Source: a virus. Taken from it: a stretch of DNA of 64,000 nt. This document shows, in pieces, positions 63,795-64,000 of this stretch; the first letter of the stretch is position 1; the number at the start of each line of letters is the position of its first letter. The notes below the pieces were generated by a model. That model was not told where the DNA came from, did no database searches, and saw nothing but the letters and a program-made list of their open reading frames with translations. Location: IMG/VR virus record IMGVR_UViG_3300027659_000010; one strand, 5' to 3'. Both the position numbers and the translations under genes were made by a program.

Positions 63795-64000
63795 TTATCG
63801 TATTTCTGGGAACAGGCAATCCTGTATAAAATGCTGCACATCGTCCTCACTCAGCCCTAAACTCACCATTACACGCGGTGTATGCGGGTTTTGCTTCTGA
63901 TTCTGTGCGTAATAATTCTGTGCTGCCGTGGTGTTTTCAGCCTGACCTAATGTTTCTCCTACCGTGCTGAGATAGTGTTCTATGGTGTCCTTGGCCATGG
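63795..64000 (-). CDS. C-terminus of a ferredoxin-dependent bilin reductase (PcyA/PcyX-like), partial
   Basis: QNYYAQNQKQNPHTPRVMVSLG...FIQDCLFP resembles the FDBR C-terminus. Confidence 0.55.
   Translation of the reverse strand, partial: MAKDTIEHYLSTVGETLGQAENTTAAQNYYAQNQKQNPHTPRVMVSLGLSEDDVQHFIQDCLFPEIR

Noticed and set aside
1-64000. Stop-codon reassignment as in some jumbo phages
   Set aside because: Genes are full length in the standard code, TAA, TAG and TGA all end coupled genes, and no CTA/TTA/TCA suppressor anticodon was found.

Overview
This window looks like part of a large (jumbo-type) dsDNA bacteriophage genome, probably infecting a Gram-negative host, in the standard genetic code. 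Layout: (1) 1-5.3 kb, minus-strand hypotheticals, thyX, an Hc1-like protein and a 111-nt tRNA-like RNA with its own sigma70 promoter. (2) 5.4-35.1 kb, an AT-rich enzyme island with 11 radical SAM proteins, about 9 2OG-Fe(II)/cupin-type oxygenases, a QueC-like ATPase, amidinotransferase, PLP enzyme, adenylation enzyme, SDRs, GNAT and nucleotide-sugar enzymes, ending at an Mtd-N-type fibre gene. (3) 37.9-45.0 kb, a minus-strand array of 32 tRNA genes covering all 20 amino acids, several with non-canonical folds, interleaved with rpoZ, a B12 radical SAM gene and structured spacer RNAs. (4) 45.8-52.8 kb, clpP and many small early-type genes. (5) 52.9-62.6 kb, a CsgF/CsgG/curlin-like/FecR/autotransporter/cytochrome c/CHASE2-cyclase envelope module. 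Best candidate for an undescribed system: the leader of the tRNA array (45445-45812) is built like a ribosome-dependent attenuator. Its 47-codon leader peptide contains all 20 amino acids within the first 37 codons (31 different codons), followed by mutually exclusive antiterminator and terminator hairpins. This suggests a general sensor of tRNA depletion that switches on the phage's replacement tRNA set. All calls were made by eye from motifs and base-pairing; no database searches or folding programs were run.
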